A stretch of DNA of 64,000 bases, from assembly GCA_963695855.1 (NCBI GenBank), contig CAVOHZ010000001.1, positions 22,898 to 86,897 on the forward strand, written 5' to 3'. Shown here one piece after another: positions 21,799 through 33,682 of the stretch. This DNA comes from an uncultured Nitrososphaerales archaeon (GTDB lineage: Archaea > Thermoproteota > Nitrososphaeria > Nitrososphaerales > Nitrososphaeraceae). The translations under genes and the position numbers were made by a program. The notes below the pieces were generated by a model. The model was given only the letters and a program-made list of their open reading frames with translations. It was not told where the DNA came from and made no database searches. Every line of letters starts with the position of its first letter. Positions within the stretch are counted from its first letter, which is position 1.

Positions 21799-22347
21799 AT
21801 GACATATAACAAAATACGACTGATATCCATTGGATTATTTGCAATAGCTATTTCATCTTCCATTTATTCTCATTCATAAGAAAGTAGTAGGGTCTTGGCT
21901 CAAGCAGCAACTTCTAGTTATAATGCAGTTGTCGGCGAACTAATTTTTGAATCAGAAGGTAAAATTGTAAGTCAAAGGGTTATAGACTATGAATATAGGA
22001 ACGAATTACCAAAAATTGAAACTTCATATTCAGGTAATGGATATCTAAATGGCGTAGGGAATGTGACCGAGATTTGGACCTTTGTTGATACCCAGATCTC
22101 CAGTGGAATTACTCAGGGACTCGGCCATGGCGTCATAACTAGCACAGATGGAAAGGGAATATCAACAGCTACCGAACTCGGTAGAGGATTTCTTGGTGAA
22201 GGTGGTGAAATGAATTATCCTGCAGCTCGTTTTTTTACTACACAATCAAGTGGAAAGATGGCTTTTCTAAATCAAATAGTATGATTAACTCACTGGGAGG
22301 TGGACAATTCTGGAAATTATTTCTTTAAAATGTGGCAATGAAACTAA
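21799..22347 (+). pseudogene. secreted hypothetical protein disrupted by three in-frame stops
   Basis: One frame from ATG 21799 with a signal peptide (MTYNKIRLISIGLFAIAISSS); stops at 21877 (TAA), 22282 (TGA) and 22339 (TGA), with protein-like text continuing (LTHWEVDNSGNYFFKMWQ). Confidence 0.7.
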
Positions 22348-22690
22348 TAACCATAAATCGGTATAATTATTTTCGGTCCTCATTTTTGCAATTTTTTAGA
22401 GAAATATTATGAAAAATATTTAATTTTTATAGGTTATCGATCTACCATTTTTAATGACCTTTAAAATATTTCATAAAATATATGTTTATTGAAACTAATA
22501 TTTACTTTTATTAGATGTACTTTTTCATAAAATGGGTATTTAACTACTTTTTGCAGAACTTTACATCCATTAAATGCTTTTATATCACGAGTTTTTTATT
22601 TTTTGATCAATATTAGTGATTTTAATGTATTTGGTTGAGTTGCTGTTTTTCTACAATAAATTTTAAATATCATTTTTTAAAAAAGAATCT

Positions 22691-23065
22691 ATGTATGAAG
22701 AGAATGAAGATATTGGAAAATACCCTAATGATATGGATGAAAACAAAGCTGAGATTATAGAGTTATCCGAAAAAAATTTTGATTATGCAATAAAAAGTAC
22801 TAAGCCTTTATTAGTTGACTTTTGGGCTACGTGGTGCGGTCCATGTAAATTTATGCTGCCTGTATTTGATAAGCTCTCGAGTAAATATTCAGATAAAATA
22901 AATTTTGGGAGGCTCAATGTGGATGAGCACCAATCAATTGCTGTAAAATATGATGTTTATGCGATTCCAACTTTCATTGTATTTTTAAATGGAGAAGTTG
23001 CCGAAAGGGCCGTAGGTGCAGTTGGTGAAAAAGGATTAGAAGGAATACTAGAAAAATACAAATAA
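22691..23065 (+). CDS. trxA: thioredoxin
   Basis: VDFWATWCGPCK, AIPT. Confidence 0.95.
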   Translation: MYEENEDIGKYPNDMDENKAEIIELSEKNFDYAIKSTKPLLVDFWATWCGPCKFMLPVFDKLSSKYSDKINFGRLNVDEHQSIAVKYDVYAIPTFIVFLNGEVAERAVGAVGEKGLEGILEKYK

Positions 23066-23321
23066 AGAGTATTAGAATTTGAAAGAGGTTAGAAACTCAT
23101 CTTTCACATAGTGGAAAATGAAATTCATGTATCATAATTAGAGTCGCAAGATACTATAGGAGAAGTTACTTGCATTGTTATTTAGATATCATGATTTCAG
23201 GGATCTTCAGTTTCTATTAGAAAGGATATCAAATTCTATAAATTTTATGGTAGAATAAATTTTAACTTTACACACAAGAGAGTACTAACCACTGTTAGAA
23301 GAAAAAGAGAAAGTATTAAAG

Positions 23322-23630
23322 CTAAATTTCGTTATTTAATCCAAAATATTTCTTTATTTCGCATACTCGGTCAACGGCACCATTATTTTTTAATAAATCA
23401 GAAAATGTCGGATCTCCTTCTATTTTTTGCAAAAATGAAATAACTTCATGGCTTGTTACACCGTGAACAATATCATGATTTATTTGTCTTCGAATATTAT
23501 AAATAGTACCATATTTTCTATGCATTCTCCTTTCGTAATTAGTGGAGTTTTCAGACAGTCCCTTTACAAATTTGACTACTGTTTTTTCCATATGTTTGAG
23601 ATGCCAATCTCTAAGCGGAAAAAATGACAT
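23322..23630 (-). CDS. hypothetical protein
   Basis: 102-aa ORF with an upstream TATA-like element. Confidence 0.6.
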   Translation of the reverse strand: MSFFPLRDWHLKHMEKTVVKFVKGLSENSTNYERRMHRKYGTIYNIRRQINHDIVHGVTSHEVISFLQKIEGDPTFSDLLKNNGAVDRVCEIKKYFGLNNEI

Positions 23631-23982
23631 TTTTTATCCTAAATCTAGTAATATATTATATGCTAAACTGATATATATAATGATCTAATTTTTTCAAAGT
23701 CATTAAATTCATGAATGTTTTAATTTTCAAAAAAATCCATTATACAATTATAAAATCTTACTAAAATTGAAAATGAATTTAGAAAGTGAAATAGGCATCT
23801 AGGTTTCTTCTTTAAATTAACAAGAATAATAATGAATAAGATATCAAATTCCATATAATATACTAATATTTAGAAAATAACAATATTCAACACTCAATAC
23901 CCTAAGATTAAAATGATTTTCTAATTCTTTATTTTATTACTAGAACTAAATTGATCAATAAAATCTAACCTAATAGTTATCT

Positions 23983-25166
23983 GAGGCCGGGTCATAATTA
24001 TTCCATTTTCATAACGAATAAAGCTAGTTTATTGGTGTATGATGTTTTGGTGAAAAACTATCATTCAATCCAACAAACTAGCACAGAAAAGATCTACATC
24101 TATTCTAATTAGTATTTTGTATTTGATTGGTTTGATTCGTTGGCCACATAATAATAATAATAATAGAGGAGGAGGAGGGCGTGGTAGACCATATGTCTAT
24201 CCTCCTACTGTTATACTACGATGTTTTATAGTACGTGTATGGTTCCGATTGGATTCGAACAGAGCATTACATGAATACCTTGCAATGGACCTATCATATA
24301 ACAGAAAGGTAATGAAGGGATGTGGACTATCCAGAATACCAAGCAGAAGAACATTTGATAGACGTCTTGCTACACTATCTATCTGATGATATCAAAAACA
24401 GGATTACTACAATGGGTGAAGTTTTTGTTCATGAAAAAATAATCGATACATCTATCCTCTCAGCAGACAGTACCCTTATCAAGGCTAGAGGTTATGTCTG
24501 GCACAAATCATCTATGGAAGAGGGAGTAGTACCACATTCTGGTATTGATATAGATGCAATGTGGGGATTCAGCCATACAAAGGAGGGTTGGATATTTGGA
24601 TACAAATTACATTTGATATCAAGTACTGGGTCTATCATTGTACCTTTGGCAGCAGATTTTACAACTGCTAACATACCTGACAATCAAATGTACAGTATAT
24701 TGACAGCAAGTCTACCTGTTACAATCATTAGAGAAATATTATTCATGTCTGCAGATCCTGGATACGATGATCATGAATTGTATGATCTCAGTACAGATAT
24801 GGGATTTAGATTGGTATGTCCAGTAAAGAGATATAAAAATACACATGCTGATAGGATAAAACTGATAGAATTTTATGAATCTAATGTTGGACAGGCTATC
24901 TATTCCTTGAGAAGTATATCAATTGAACTGTTGATAGGGCATATCAAACCTGTGTTCAGGATAGATCCATTACCTGTCAGGGGATATGTCAAGAGTTGTG
25001 CATCAGTATTATTGTCAGTACTGTTATACCAGATACTTGTCTATTATAACTGTAAAACTAACAAAAAGAATCCCAGAGCAATCAAATACATACTAGGAAC
25101 ATAACGATTGACTATATGCTATTGTTAACATTACCATATTTATTTTATGAATTATGACCCAGTCTC
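23983..25166 (+). mobile_element. insertion sequence, DDE transposase (DDE_Tnp_1, IS982/IS5-like), 1184 bp
   Basis: TIRs gaggccgggtcataatt / aattatgacccagtctc (15/17 match); 8-bp direct repeat AGTTATCT at 23975-23982 and 25167-25174. Confidence 0.9.
24117..25104 (+). pseudogene. frameshifted DDE transposase
   Basis: GRPYVYPP...PSRRTFDRRL then DSTLIK, GWIFGYKLH, ADPGYD, RSISIE; frameshift at ~24380 at a 4-bp tandem duplication (tatctatc). Confidence 0.88.
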
Positions 25167-25221
25167 AGTTATCTATTCTCTTTATAAATATCTTTATTTA
25201 TTTGTAAATGCTAATAAATTT

Positions 25222-26196
25222 ATGGTAGATTTAATCTATGGCCGTGGAATAACTGATTTAATACACGAGATGCCATTTTATCTTAATTTCATAAAAAAAA
25301 TTATAGGAATAAAGGTATTTCATTCTAAACAGACATTATATGGTTCGGTAGATATCAATAATGTCTGCAATTTACATTGTTCTCATTGCTACTGGTGGCT
25401 TAATAGAAAGGAAGAACATGATCTAGGTCTTGAAGATTGGAAAAAGATAATTGATAATACATTTAAAAAGCAAAATATCTTTGTGGTTACCCTCGTTGGA
25501 GGTGAACCATTGTTAAGGCCCGATATCATACAATTGTTCTGTAATGAAATGCCTAGAAGGGTTTGCGTGGTCACAAATGGTACGTTTCCTTTAAAGAGGT
25601 TTGAGAATCTATATTTTTATTGGGTCTCACTCGATGGAACAGAAGAAGTTCATGATAGTATCAGGGGAAAAGGATCCTATTCAAAGACAAGAAATAACAT
25701 ATTAGAATATATCGAAAAAGAAGGAGACAGGAAAGGAAAACCTGCTTGGAAGGACATATGGATTACTATGACCATCAATTCTCTTAATTATACAACGGCA
25801 ATTCCTTTAGCACAAGAATGGAGGGGAAAAGTGAACAAAATAGGATTTCAATTTCATACTCCATTTATAAAAGATGATCCTCTTTGGCTGCCTTTTGGGG
25901 ATATTCGTGACAGTGTGGTAGATGAAATTATATCAATGAAACGACTATATCCTGATTATATAGTGAATTCTGAGAAACAAATATCTTTGATGAAAGGTAA
26001 CTGGGGAGGGGTCGAAACCACCCCTGTTCAATGTCCTTCATGGGCTATTATTTCTCTGGATCACATGGGAAGAGTCAAACAGCCCTGTTGTATAGGAAGT
26101 GCAGATAATAAAGGATTAAAACCCATATGCGAAAAATGCGGTCTTGGTTGTTATTCCATCCTAGTTGCACAAGGAATCAAAGGCCTTCAAAAGTAA
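25222..26196 (+). CDS. radical SAM protein with C-terminal SPASM/twitch-like Cys cluster
   Basis: CNLHCSHC, GGEPLL, TNG, SLDG; C-terminal C...PCC...CEKCGLGC; the called start at 25147 lies inside the IS end, so ATG 25222 is preferred. Confidence 0.9.
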   Translation: MVDLIYGRGITDLIHEMPFYLNFIKKIIGIKVFHSKQTLYGSVDINNVCNLHCSHCYWWLNRKEEHDLGLEDWKKIIDNTFKKQNIFVVTLVGGEPLLRPDIIQLFCNEMPRRVCVVTNGTFPLKRFENLYFYWVSLDGTEEVHDSIRGKGSYSKTRNNILEYIEKEGDRKGKPAWKDIWITMTINSLNYTTAIPLAQEWRGKVNKIGFQFHTPFIKDDPLWLPFGDIRDSVVDEIISMKRLYPDYIVNSEKQISLMKGNWGGVETTPVQCPSWAIISLDHMGRVKQPCCIGSADNKGLKPICEKCGLGCYSILVAQGIKGLQK

Positions 26197-26317
26197 TAAA
26201 TTTGATTTACATTAGTATACTGAATTCTAGCCAATGTCTTAATTCTATGAATTGTGTTCTAAATATTCACCAAACTCGTAGAAACATATAGATTAAAGGA
26301 AATGTATTATATATATT

Positions 26318-26506
26318 ATGTACACAGAAAAAACAGAGAAAATATTTGAAGATAAAGATGGAAAGAACGAAATCTTAGCAATATACGAAGGAGACTTTGT
26401 AAGATTTTATAAAAAAGATGGAGACCAGTTGTTGGATGAAGATGTTCTTATAGTTGCAGATTTTGAAATGATGACTAAAGAAGAAGGATGGAAGGAATTA
26501 AAATAA
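26318..26506 (+). CDS. small hypothetical protein
   Basis: 62-aa acidic ORF with a TATA-like element upstream. Confidence 0.55.
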   Translation: MYTEKTEKIFEDKDGKNEILAIYEGDFVRFYKKDGDQLLDEDVLIVADFEMMTKEEGWKELK

Positions 26507-26965
26507 TGATGAACTGTTTCAATAAATTCAATATTCAATAATTCTATAATCTTGACAAGGCAAGATTAATAAAGATTCGTATAAAAGGCCTGGCATATAA
26601 TTATGCTGTAACGTTCTTATCTTATGTCACATTACTTTTCTAGTGTCTAAAAATAATACTTCATAACATTACTTTAATAGGTAATTTTATTTTGTTGAAG
26701 AATGGACTGATCTTTGATATACTCTTTACACAATTTCTACTATAATTCAAGAATTCAACAAGATCAAAATTTATAAAAACTCGATGAAAAACTGAAAATA
26801 TAACACTTTTTTAATTTAATTTAATTTAATTTAATTTTTATAATTGAACATAGCATCTGTAGGATTTCAAATGACTGTTAACTAAGAATTAATCTTTTAA
26901 TAGATCAGATTTTTCATACCAAAGTGATTATGGTTGTTTGAATTAAATTTTTAATCTAAATGACG

Positions 26966-27259
26966 TTATTGTAATTTGATTATCTCATCCCATGTCCCAG
27001 TTAGAGAGAGCATGTAATATTTGCTTTCATTTTCACATTCCAAATGTATTATATCACCAGTTGTTATGTGAATTTGAAATAATTTGTTCAAGAACATCAA
27101 AAAACTAGGACCCGCTACTATGCTTTTGGCTTCCCTTTCAAGTGGTTTATCGTAATACTTCTTCAGAGTATCACCAAGTCCGGAACTGCTAATATCTCCA
27201 ACCAGATCGGACAAATCTACAAACTTTAAGTTTCTTTTGTATACTTTAAGTAAGGCCAT
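26966..27259 (-). CDS. hypothetical protein
   Basis: 97-aa ORF with globular composition. Confidence 0.6.
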   Translation of the reverse strand: MALLKVYKRNLKFVDLSDLVGDISSSGLGDTLKKYYDKPLEREAKSIVAGPSFLMFLNKLFQIHITTGDIIHLECENESKYYMLSLTGTWDEIIKLQ

Positions 27260-27387
27260 GTTAAATGATTCCTATCACTGTACTGTTATACTAACATATA
27301 TTGTTTACCAACATAAAAAAGTATTTTGTATTTAAAATTGTTCAAATCCAAACATGATATTTATTTAAATCGTTGTTTTGAATTGCC

Positions 27388-28480
27388 ATGTTTCTATTGG
27401 AAAAACTCGTACAGTACTATTACCATTATCCCACAGAAAATAGTGATAATAATCTGGATGAACAAATAATAGAATGTGAGCAATCTTTCTTGTCTGAGTT
27501 AAAGAAATTATATGACAAGAAATTGGCAAGTCTGGTGCTTGATTCTATAAAAAAGGAGTTTGGAGACTTTACAAAACTTTGTAAGTAGATAGCAAATGGT
27601 CATGTAAACAGACAACAACTCGAACATATTTTAGACAGTCTGTTTTTTGATAGTGTGAAGAACAAAAATAAATCCACGGAATCACCAAAATATAATATTA
27701 AAGAAAACGATTTTTCATCATATTCGGACTATCAAGATGGCAAACAATCATCATCATTATCAGTAGATGATGAAGAAAAGGAATATTCTCCATCATATCA
27801 TCAAAAATAAAAACTAGACTATGATAATGAATACGGTTACCAATCTAATGGACACTCTTACGATAAAAATTCAGGTTATGAAGAAACCTATAAGGTGAAA
27901 GACGACAAAGACGACAGGCAGAAGAGCTACGAGAAAGAGGACAACAGAGAGAAGAGCTATGACAACGATAAGAGGTACAACAAATACTCCTATCAAAAAA
28001 ATGCATATGTTGATAATAGTGATGGTGTGTATGATGGGAAGTCATATTCATATAATGAAATGCAATACAAACCAATCATATATGAAGGTGGTTATCATGA
28101 AGATAAATAATCCAAATACGATCTATATAACAATAACGAAAATAACTATAATACAATAAATATCACCATTCAAAAGATACTAACATAAATGATAATTATA
28201 CTTACAGTAATACTAATAAGAACACACAGCATGGTAATAATTACAACTACTATAATAAAGATGTAAATGGAAAAGAGAAAATTGAATTCATTTAGAATGT
28301 TTTAAAATGTTTGTTTAAACCACCGATTATATACGTTGTATGGCGAGACGATATACCCGGTAACAATGATATCTTCTTTTCAAGGAGTACAGACAATGGT
28401 GCACCATCAACGTTCAGCCAGCCTGATAATATAAGTGATAACGCGGATGCATCATTCGGCCTACTGATAGCCCTATCTTA
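27388..28480 (+). pseudogene. decayed gene(s): Tyr/Asn/Asp-rich region and a BNR/Asp-box (sialidase-like) repeat remnant
   Basis: Broken ORFs; 28329-28480 reads IYVVWRDDIPGNNDIFFSRSTDNGAPSTFSQPDNISDN (SxDxG Asp-box repeat). Confidence 0.5.
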
Positions 28481-29234
28481 ATTCATTTTTATTAATTTTT
28501 TTCAAGAAAAAAATAAAATGCAAATGCAAATTTAAAAGTTTAAATAAAAATACCTAGCAAAATAATAATTGTCCAAATCTTAATTATTAAATAATCAATT
28601 CCTAAAATATAAAGCAATGAGGTTAAACATATGGAATATTTTTGTCACCGAGCATTTTATTTATCTTCTAGTTGCATTGTAGTGTATTATATATAAATTC
28701 CTTTAATACGAACAAACGTTTTGCATACAGAATCATTTAATCAAATTATTAAATTCCCCAAAAAATAAAAGAAATTAAAATGATCTCAAATGAATAATGA
28801 ATAAACTCAACGGGTGTAAACATAAAATTGCTTCAAAGTAGAAAAATATTCAAACATAGCTATTGGATAGACCGAAGGCATTGTCTTTAGTTAAATGATA
28901 TTCTACTGGTACTATATTAATTATCCAGAAAGAATCTCGACTAAAATAGTGATGTTCAACATCTTTTCAGTCTTCTACAATTTGTTCTATTTCTTTTTTG
29001 TTAAATTTTCTGATGAGATTTTTGGCTAATTCTACTTCGCTTTTCTTTATCAACTTTATCAATTTATGCTAAGGATTACCAGACAGAGTCAGCTTATGAT
29101 AGTCAGTTCTTTGCTACATAAAATCTTTTTGAATAAATACTGAAATAATAATTATTGAACTAAAATTTAAGAAAAGTATTTTTTAGTAATTTTTTTAAAT
29201 TATCTCTATTTTATTCAGGATATCAATTAAGAAC

Positions 29235-30449
29235 CTATCTCTGAATTATTACCTGTTCGTCCTTTTCTTCAATAGGTGAATGTGTTCTCATTATTGTATC
29301 AACATAGATTTTCATATGTTGATTGGCAATACTATTCCAATCTAATCTCACTTTAAATTTCCCTATAGCAGATATATAAGATAAATAATTTTCATCCATC
29401 TGTTTTAATGCTTTTACAAATTCATCTGGTTTTCTTTTTACTACTATTCCCAAGTTCATTTCTTTGAATTCTTTAAAAAAATCCAAGTCAGAGGCAATAA
29501 ATGGCGTACCATGTGCTAATGCATCAAACATTACTCCTGAACCAGAACATACTATATACGGCAAAATAACAACATCTGATGCATAGAATAATAATGATAG
29601 TTCAGATTCAGAAAGATACTTTTTGTCGAGATTGATTATTCTGTTCTTATTTTTACTGTTAACAATATCTATATCAAAATTCTGTTGACTATAATGATTT
29701 TTTGAATGATTTAAAACTATCACCCAATCATCCGGAATTTTCATCTTGTTAATAATATCCCATCCCTTAGTAGAAGTAAAAAATCCTTGCGCTAAAGCGA
29801 TTTTTGAACTGGTGGGTAAAGACAATTTCGTCCTTGCTTCTTGTTTAGAAACATTTTGAGACAAATACGAATTTGCACCATGATATATCACTTTACATCC
29901 TGGTATCAACTTTGATAAATAATCAGAACATACTATATTGGCCCTACTTTGACGGAAAATTCGCTTATTTAAATCATGAAATGCTTTATAGTTTATAACT
30001 CGTTGCCAATATTCAGTTATTTTTTTGATATTGAATTTATGTTGGTTAATAGACACTAAATTTAACCATTGTTTAAAGTCATATGAAGAATGGAAAGTAG
30101 TAATTATGGGTTGAGCATATTTGGAATAAAAATAATCTAGCGAAGTAGTTATGCGACCTGGTAGCAAAGAATTAAGTTCCAATCCATATAGTCCATGTTC
30201 CATTTGAATATGTACAATATCTGGGTGCAATTGATCTACAACTTTAAGTAAAAATTGAGAATTATTTGTATTGTGTGGAGATAGTCCTTTGTATTCTCCA
30301 TTTCCTTCACTTCCAGAACACACATAGACATCAATGTCAATATTTCTTAGGGCATTTACTAAATTATTTGTATATCTTCCTATTCCTCCCTGCATCGGAG
30401 GATATTCGGTGGAAACCATCAGTACTTTTAAATTATTTTCATTTTTCAT
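29235..30449 (-). CDS. GT4-family glycosyltransferase
   Basis: STEYPPMQGGIGRYT, ASDVVILPY, SGVMFDALAHGTPFIASD. Confidence 0.9.
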   Translation of the reverse strand: MKNENNLKVLMVSTEYPPMQGGIGRYTNNLVNALRNIDIDVYVCSGSEGNGEYKGLSPHNTNNSQFLLKVVDQLHPDIVHIQMEHGLYGLELNSLLPGRITTSLDYFYSKYAQPIITTFHSSYDFKQWLNLVSINQHKFNIKKITEYWQRVINYKAFHDLNKRIFRQSRANIVCSDYLSKLIPGCKVIYHGANSYLSQNVSKQEARTKLSLPTSSKIALAQGFFTSTKGWDIINKMKIPDDWVIVLNHSKNHYSQQNFDIDIVNSKNKNRIINLDKKYLSESELSLLFYASDVVILPYIVCSGSGVMFDALAHGTPFIASDLDFFKEFKEMNLGIVVKRKPDEFVKALKQMDENYLSYISAIGKFKVRLDWNSIANQHMKIYVDTIMRTHSPIEEKDEQVIIQR

Positions 30450-30933
30450 TTTTTCTTCTCTTCATTAATTTTATAGGTAACAAGCAATAAATTAATTACA
30501 AATATTTGGAATTTTTCTATTTCTAATTACTACGTTTATATATTATTCAATCAAATATATTAATATTTTATACTGGCCCTATCAAATTGGTTGAGTTTGA
30601 TACTAGATAACAATTATTGAAAGGAAAAGATAGTTGATGGGCCCTAATTTTGATTTTTGCGACTATTGATAATACTTTCTTGTTGATATTTTTCCTTACA
30701 ACGATTTTATCAGAGACAGATTCAAAGCTAGTTTTTAATGCATGGCCAATTACATTATATGTAAATGAAATCGACTTACCAATTAGAGTGTTTCTTCATG
30801 TTCTGATTCTAAAACCATGCCAAGAATGCGAGGACTCGGTTCTAAAGCAATCAGAAACTCCTACAATTTCTTCTAATACTTTTTTTTAAAAGTATATTTT
30901 AAAATCTAAATATAAAAATTAATAGGAATATTG

Positions 30934-32013
30934 TTACTTTCCGTGGTTATTTGAATACGTGTCTATTATTGTCTTTAATTTATGTATTCCATATCCACTC
31001 ATCGAAGATATTGCTATTGGATTTGAAATTCTTAAATCTTTTATAATCTCCTCAATTTTATCTGTATTAACCCTGTCTAATTTAGTTAATAGTATTAGAA
31101 CTTTTGATTTATCCACATTTAGCTCATTTAGAACTTCACGACAGCTATTATACTTTATTCTGATATCTTCTATTTTCTCTGACGAATCAATTAAAAGTAA
31201 AATCAGATCCGCGGCAATGGATTCCTCTAATGTTGATTTAAACGCGTCGATCATATAATGAGGTAATCTGCTAATAAAGCCAATTGTGTCTGTAAGCAAC
31301 AATCCTTTATCGTTTATTTTAAATGATCTTGTCGTAGTTGTTAGTGTTGTGAATAAATTATTTGATATTTCCTTGTTTTGATCTGTTAACAGATTGAATA
31401 ATGAAGTTTTTCCAGAACTTGTATATCCTACCAGAGAAATAACTGGCATTTTACTTTTCAATCTTTGTTGATGATAAAGTTCTCTTTTTCGTTTTGCATT
31501 ATCTAATTTTTCTTTGATAAACGAAGCCCGTCTTTTTAGATCTCTAAACTTTACATCGACTACGTACTCACCCATTCCGCCTTTTCCCGCTCGTTCAGTT
31601 CCTGAAGAAATCCTTGCGCTTTCTCGGACTCGAGGCATTTCGTATTTAATTTCAGCAAGTTGAATCTGCAATTTTGATTCATTCGTAGTAGCTTTAGAAT
31701 AAAATATGTTAAGTATTAATCGCTCTCTATCGATTACATTTGTATTTGTATGATCCTCTAGATTGTATGTCTGTTTAGAAGTCAATCGCTCATCAACAAT
31801 TATTTGATCCGCTCCTGATTCTTTGACTAAATTTTTAATTTCATCTGCTTTACCAGAACCCAGACCAAATTTAGAGTGGTTTAAAAATTTATGAGTAACC
31901 ACTTTCACAATTTTATATTTTTTTTCTGCAAATGAAGATTCTATTAGACTTTTAGCTTCTTGTAATCTAAAATTATCTGGATACGATACTAGTACTACTT
32001 TGGTAAGGCTCAA
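30934..32013 (-). CDS. hflX: GTPase HflX
   Basis: GLGSGK, LQIQLAEIKY, GYTSSGKTSLFN, LFTTL, DTIGFI, AFKSTLEE. Confidence 0.95.
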   Translation of the reverse strand: MSLTKVVLVSYPDNFRLQEAKSLIESSFAEKKYKIVKVVTHKFLNHSKFGLGSGKADEIKNLVKESGADQIIVDERLTSKQTYNLEDHTNTNVIDRERLILNIFYSKATTNESKLQIQLAEIKYEMPRVRESARISSGTERAGKGGMGEYVVDVKFRDLKRRASFIKEKLDNAKRKRELYHQQRLKSKMPVISLVGYTSSGKTSLFNLLTDQNKEISNNLFTTLTTTTRSFKINDKGLLLTDTIGFISRLPHYMIDAFKSTLEESIAADLILLLIDSSEKIEDIRIKYNSCREVLNELNVDKSKVLILLTKLDRVNTDKIEEIIKDLRISNPIAISSMSGYGIHKLKTIIDTYSNNHGK

Positions 32014-32016
32014 AAA

Positions 32017-32193
32017 TTATGACAAATCCGTATAATCTGGGGAATTATATTTATTCTCATGTCCCCTTGAACAGGTATAAAGAGTATCAGTATTTGTATT
32101 AGCTGATTTGTAAGAATCAGTACTACCTTCAGGGACATAAAGTCCTGGAAAAACCTGGCCACAGGTTTTGCATTTTAACATAAGCATCGGCAT
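32017..32193 (-). CDS. 58-aa zinc-ribbon microprotein (not in ORF track)
   Basis: MPMLMLKCKTCGQVFPG...YTCSRGHENKY...DLS*; CxxC and CxxxH; stop is 3 nt before the hflX start. Confidence 0.7.
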   Translation of the reverse strand: MPMLMLKCKTCGQVFPGLYVPEGSTDSYKSANTNTDTLYTCSRGHENKYNSPDYTDLS

Positions 32194-33323
32194 TTTTTTT
32201 CGTTATCCTATACCTTATAATAGGCGTTCCACATTATTATACTTATATCAAAATACATTACCTGAAAATAGGAAATTAAATACACTAGAGCTGAATTTAA
32301 ATAAATGCATCAATTAACCATGTTTTCTGATAAAATGTCCGCAACAGTCAGACCTGACTGCTAGAAGAAGATTTTTCTAGATATATTTTCTGGTTTGTTT
32401 ATTTGAAATAATATTCCAAAAATGAATTTTTTAGATTAAATAAGAGAATTGAATTCATAAGTAAAGGTCTCGTTTCAAATGCTATACCTGATGGCTTATT
32501 CTAGATTATAAACCATACGGATTTACAATATCATATTTTAGTTTGCCATATTCGATGACCGTGAAGGAATAAGTTCACTATATAACAAAATAAATAGTAT
32601 ATGACAGATATGCAAAATTGATATTATATTACTTCCTATAAATAACAAATTGCCTATCAATATAAATATACTTTCTATCTGCTTGAATGCCCCAAAGGTA
32701 GAGAATTATTTAATATTCAATTTATAAGGAACATTTTAAGAGTAAATAATGATTGATACCAACATGATGTTATCTGGGTATGAATCCTTTGTAATTAGAA
32801 CTCTTTGAAATAGGTTGTTTTCACTACTGTTACTGCAATTATAGTAGGTTGTACAAGCATCAGAAGGCAAGAAAAGGATTGTGACTAAATCATTTACTAT
32901 AAATATTACAAGTATTGAACCATGCAGAAAATACAAACTCAATCCAGATGAATCTCATAATTGCAAGCACTAATTTATGGAATGTTTTAAGATAATACTG
33001 CCAGGTTCCGGTCAGGAGAACACAATAAACAAGAACAAGGAAGAAGAGATTGAATTTCGAAAGATGATGCGTAGATAAAAAACAATATAATAGATAACAA
33101 ATAATAGCAAAACGTCAAAAGGATTACTTATAATGGTTTCCAGTTCACTCTGTTGTAAAGAACGGTGTTGCAGGGCACTCTATAGCTAAAGAAGGCTAAA
33201 CGGAAATGAAAGTAACACTATACAGATAGATTTTCATATATTTAGAGATAATATCTTTTCTGGTATTCAATTATTTCTATAACAGTTATAAGGATAATAC
33301 AAAACAATCTTAGTGTTGGACAT

Positions 33324-33482
33324 TTGATTAAGTGGAGTTATATCATTACGTGTAAAAAATGTGGCCATATTTCTATGGAAAAGCTATCTAAGGAAAAAGC
33401 AAAGGAACTTTTACATGCTCACATTGGGGGTTCACATAACTGTACATCAGGTGACATTGAACTAATGAAGGTACGAACCTAA
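33324..33482 (+). CDS. 52-aa putative zinc-finger microprotein (not in ORF track)
   Basis: TTG start: LIKWSYIITCKKCGHISMEKLSKEKAKELLHAHIGGSHNCTSGDIELMKVRT*; stop overlaps the stop of the convergent ORF. Confidence 0.55.
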   Translation: MIKWSYIITCKKCGHISMEKLSKEKAKELLHAHIGGSHNCTSGDIELMKVRT

Positions 33483-33682
33483 ATTTCCTGCAGATCTTGT
33501 ACTTTTTTATACAACATTTTTACACATTCAGAGTAGGTCCTATACTTAAATTTGATTTCTTGAATAGATGCATCTTTGCTTAGTCGATCTTTTGAAGTAT
33601 CAATGGTGTATTTTTTAGCAATGTCATCGAGAATTGTGTTTACAGTTGAATTTTGATACGATTCTATGATAAGACTTGACAT
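33479..33682 (-). CDS. small hypothetical protein
   Basis: 67-aa ORF, ggagg upstream. Confidence 0.55.
   Translation of the reverse strand: MSSLIIESYQNSTVNTILDDIAKKYTIDTSKDRLSKDASIQEIKFKYRTYSECVKMLYKKVQDLQEI

Noticed and set aside
21799-22347. Stop-codon recoding (Sec/Pyl or alternative code) suggested by in-frame stops here and at 55484, 56714 and ~63522
   Set aside because: The stops are a mix of TAA and TGA and occur only in accessory or mobile genes; core genes terminate normally with all three codons.
25147-25221. N-terminal extension of the radical SAM ORF
   Set aside because: Begins inside the IS right end; an artefact of the insertion.
28930-29120. Minus-strand fragment KSEVELAKNLIRKFNKKEIEQIVED, faintly Ku-like
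   Set aside because: Too short, bounded by stops and without diagnostic residues.
30650-30889. 79-aa ORF between the GT4 gene and hflX, and ORFs 32736, 34015, 34248 and 39211
   Set aside because: Weak starts and AT-driven hydrophobic composition with no recognisable motif.
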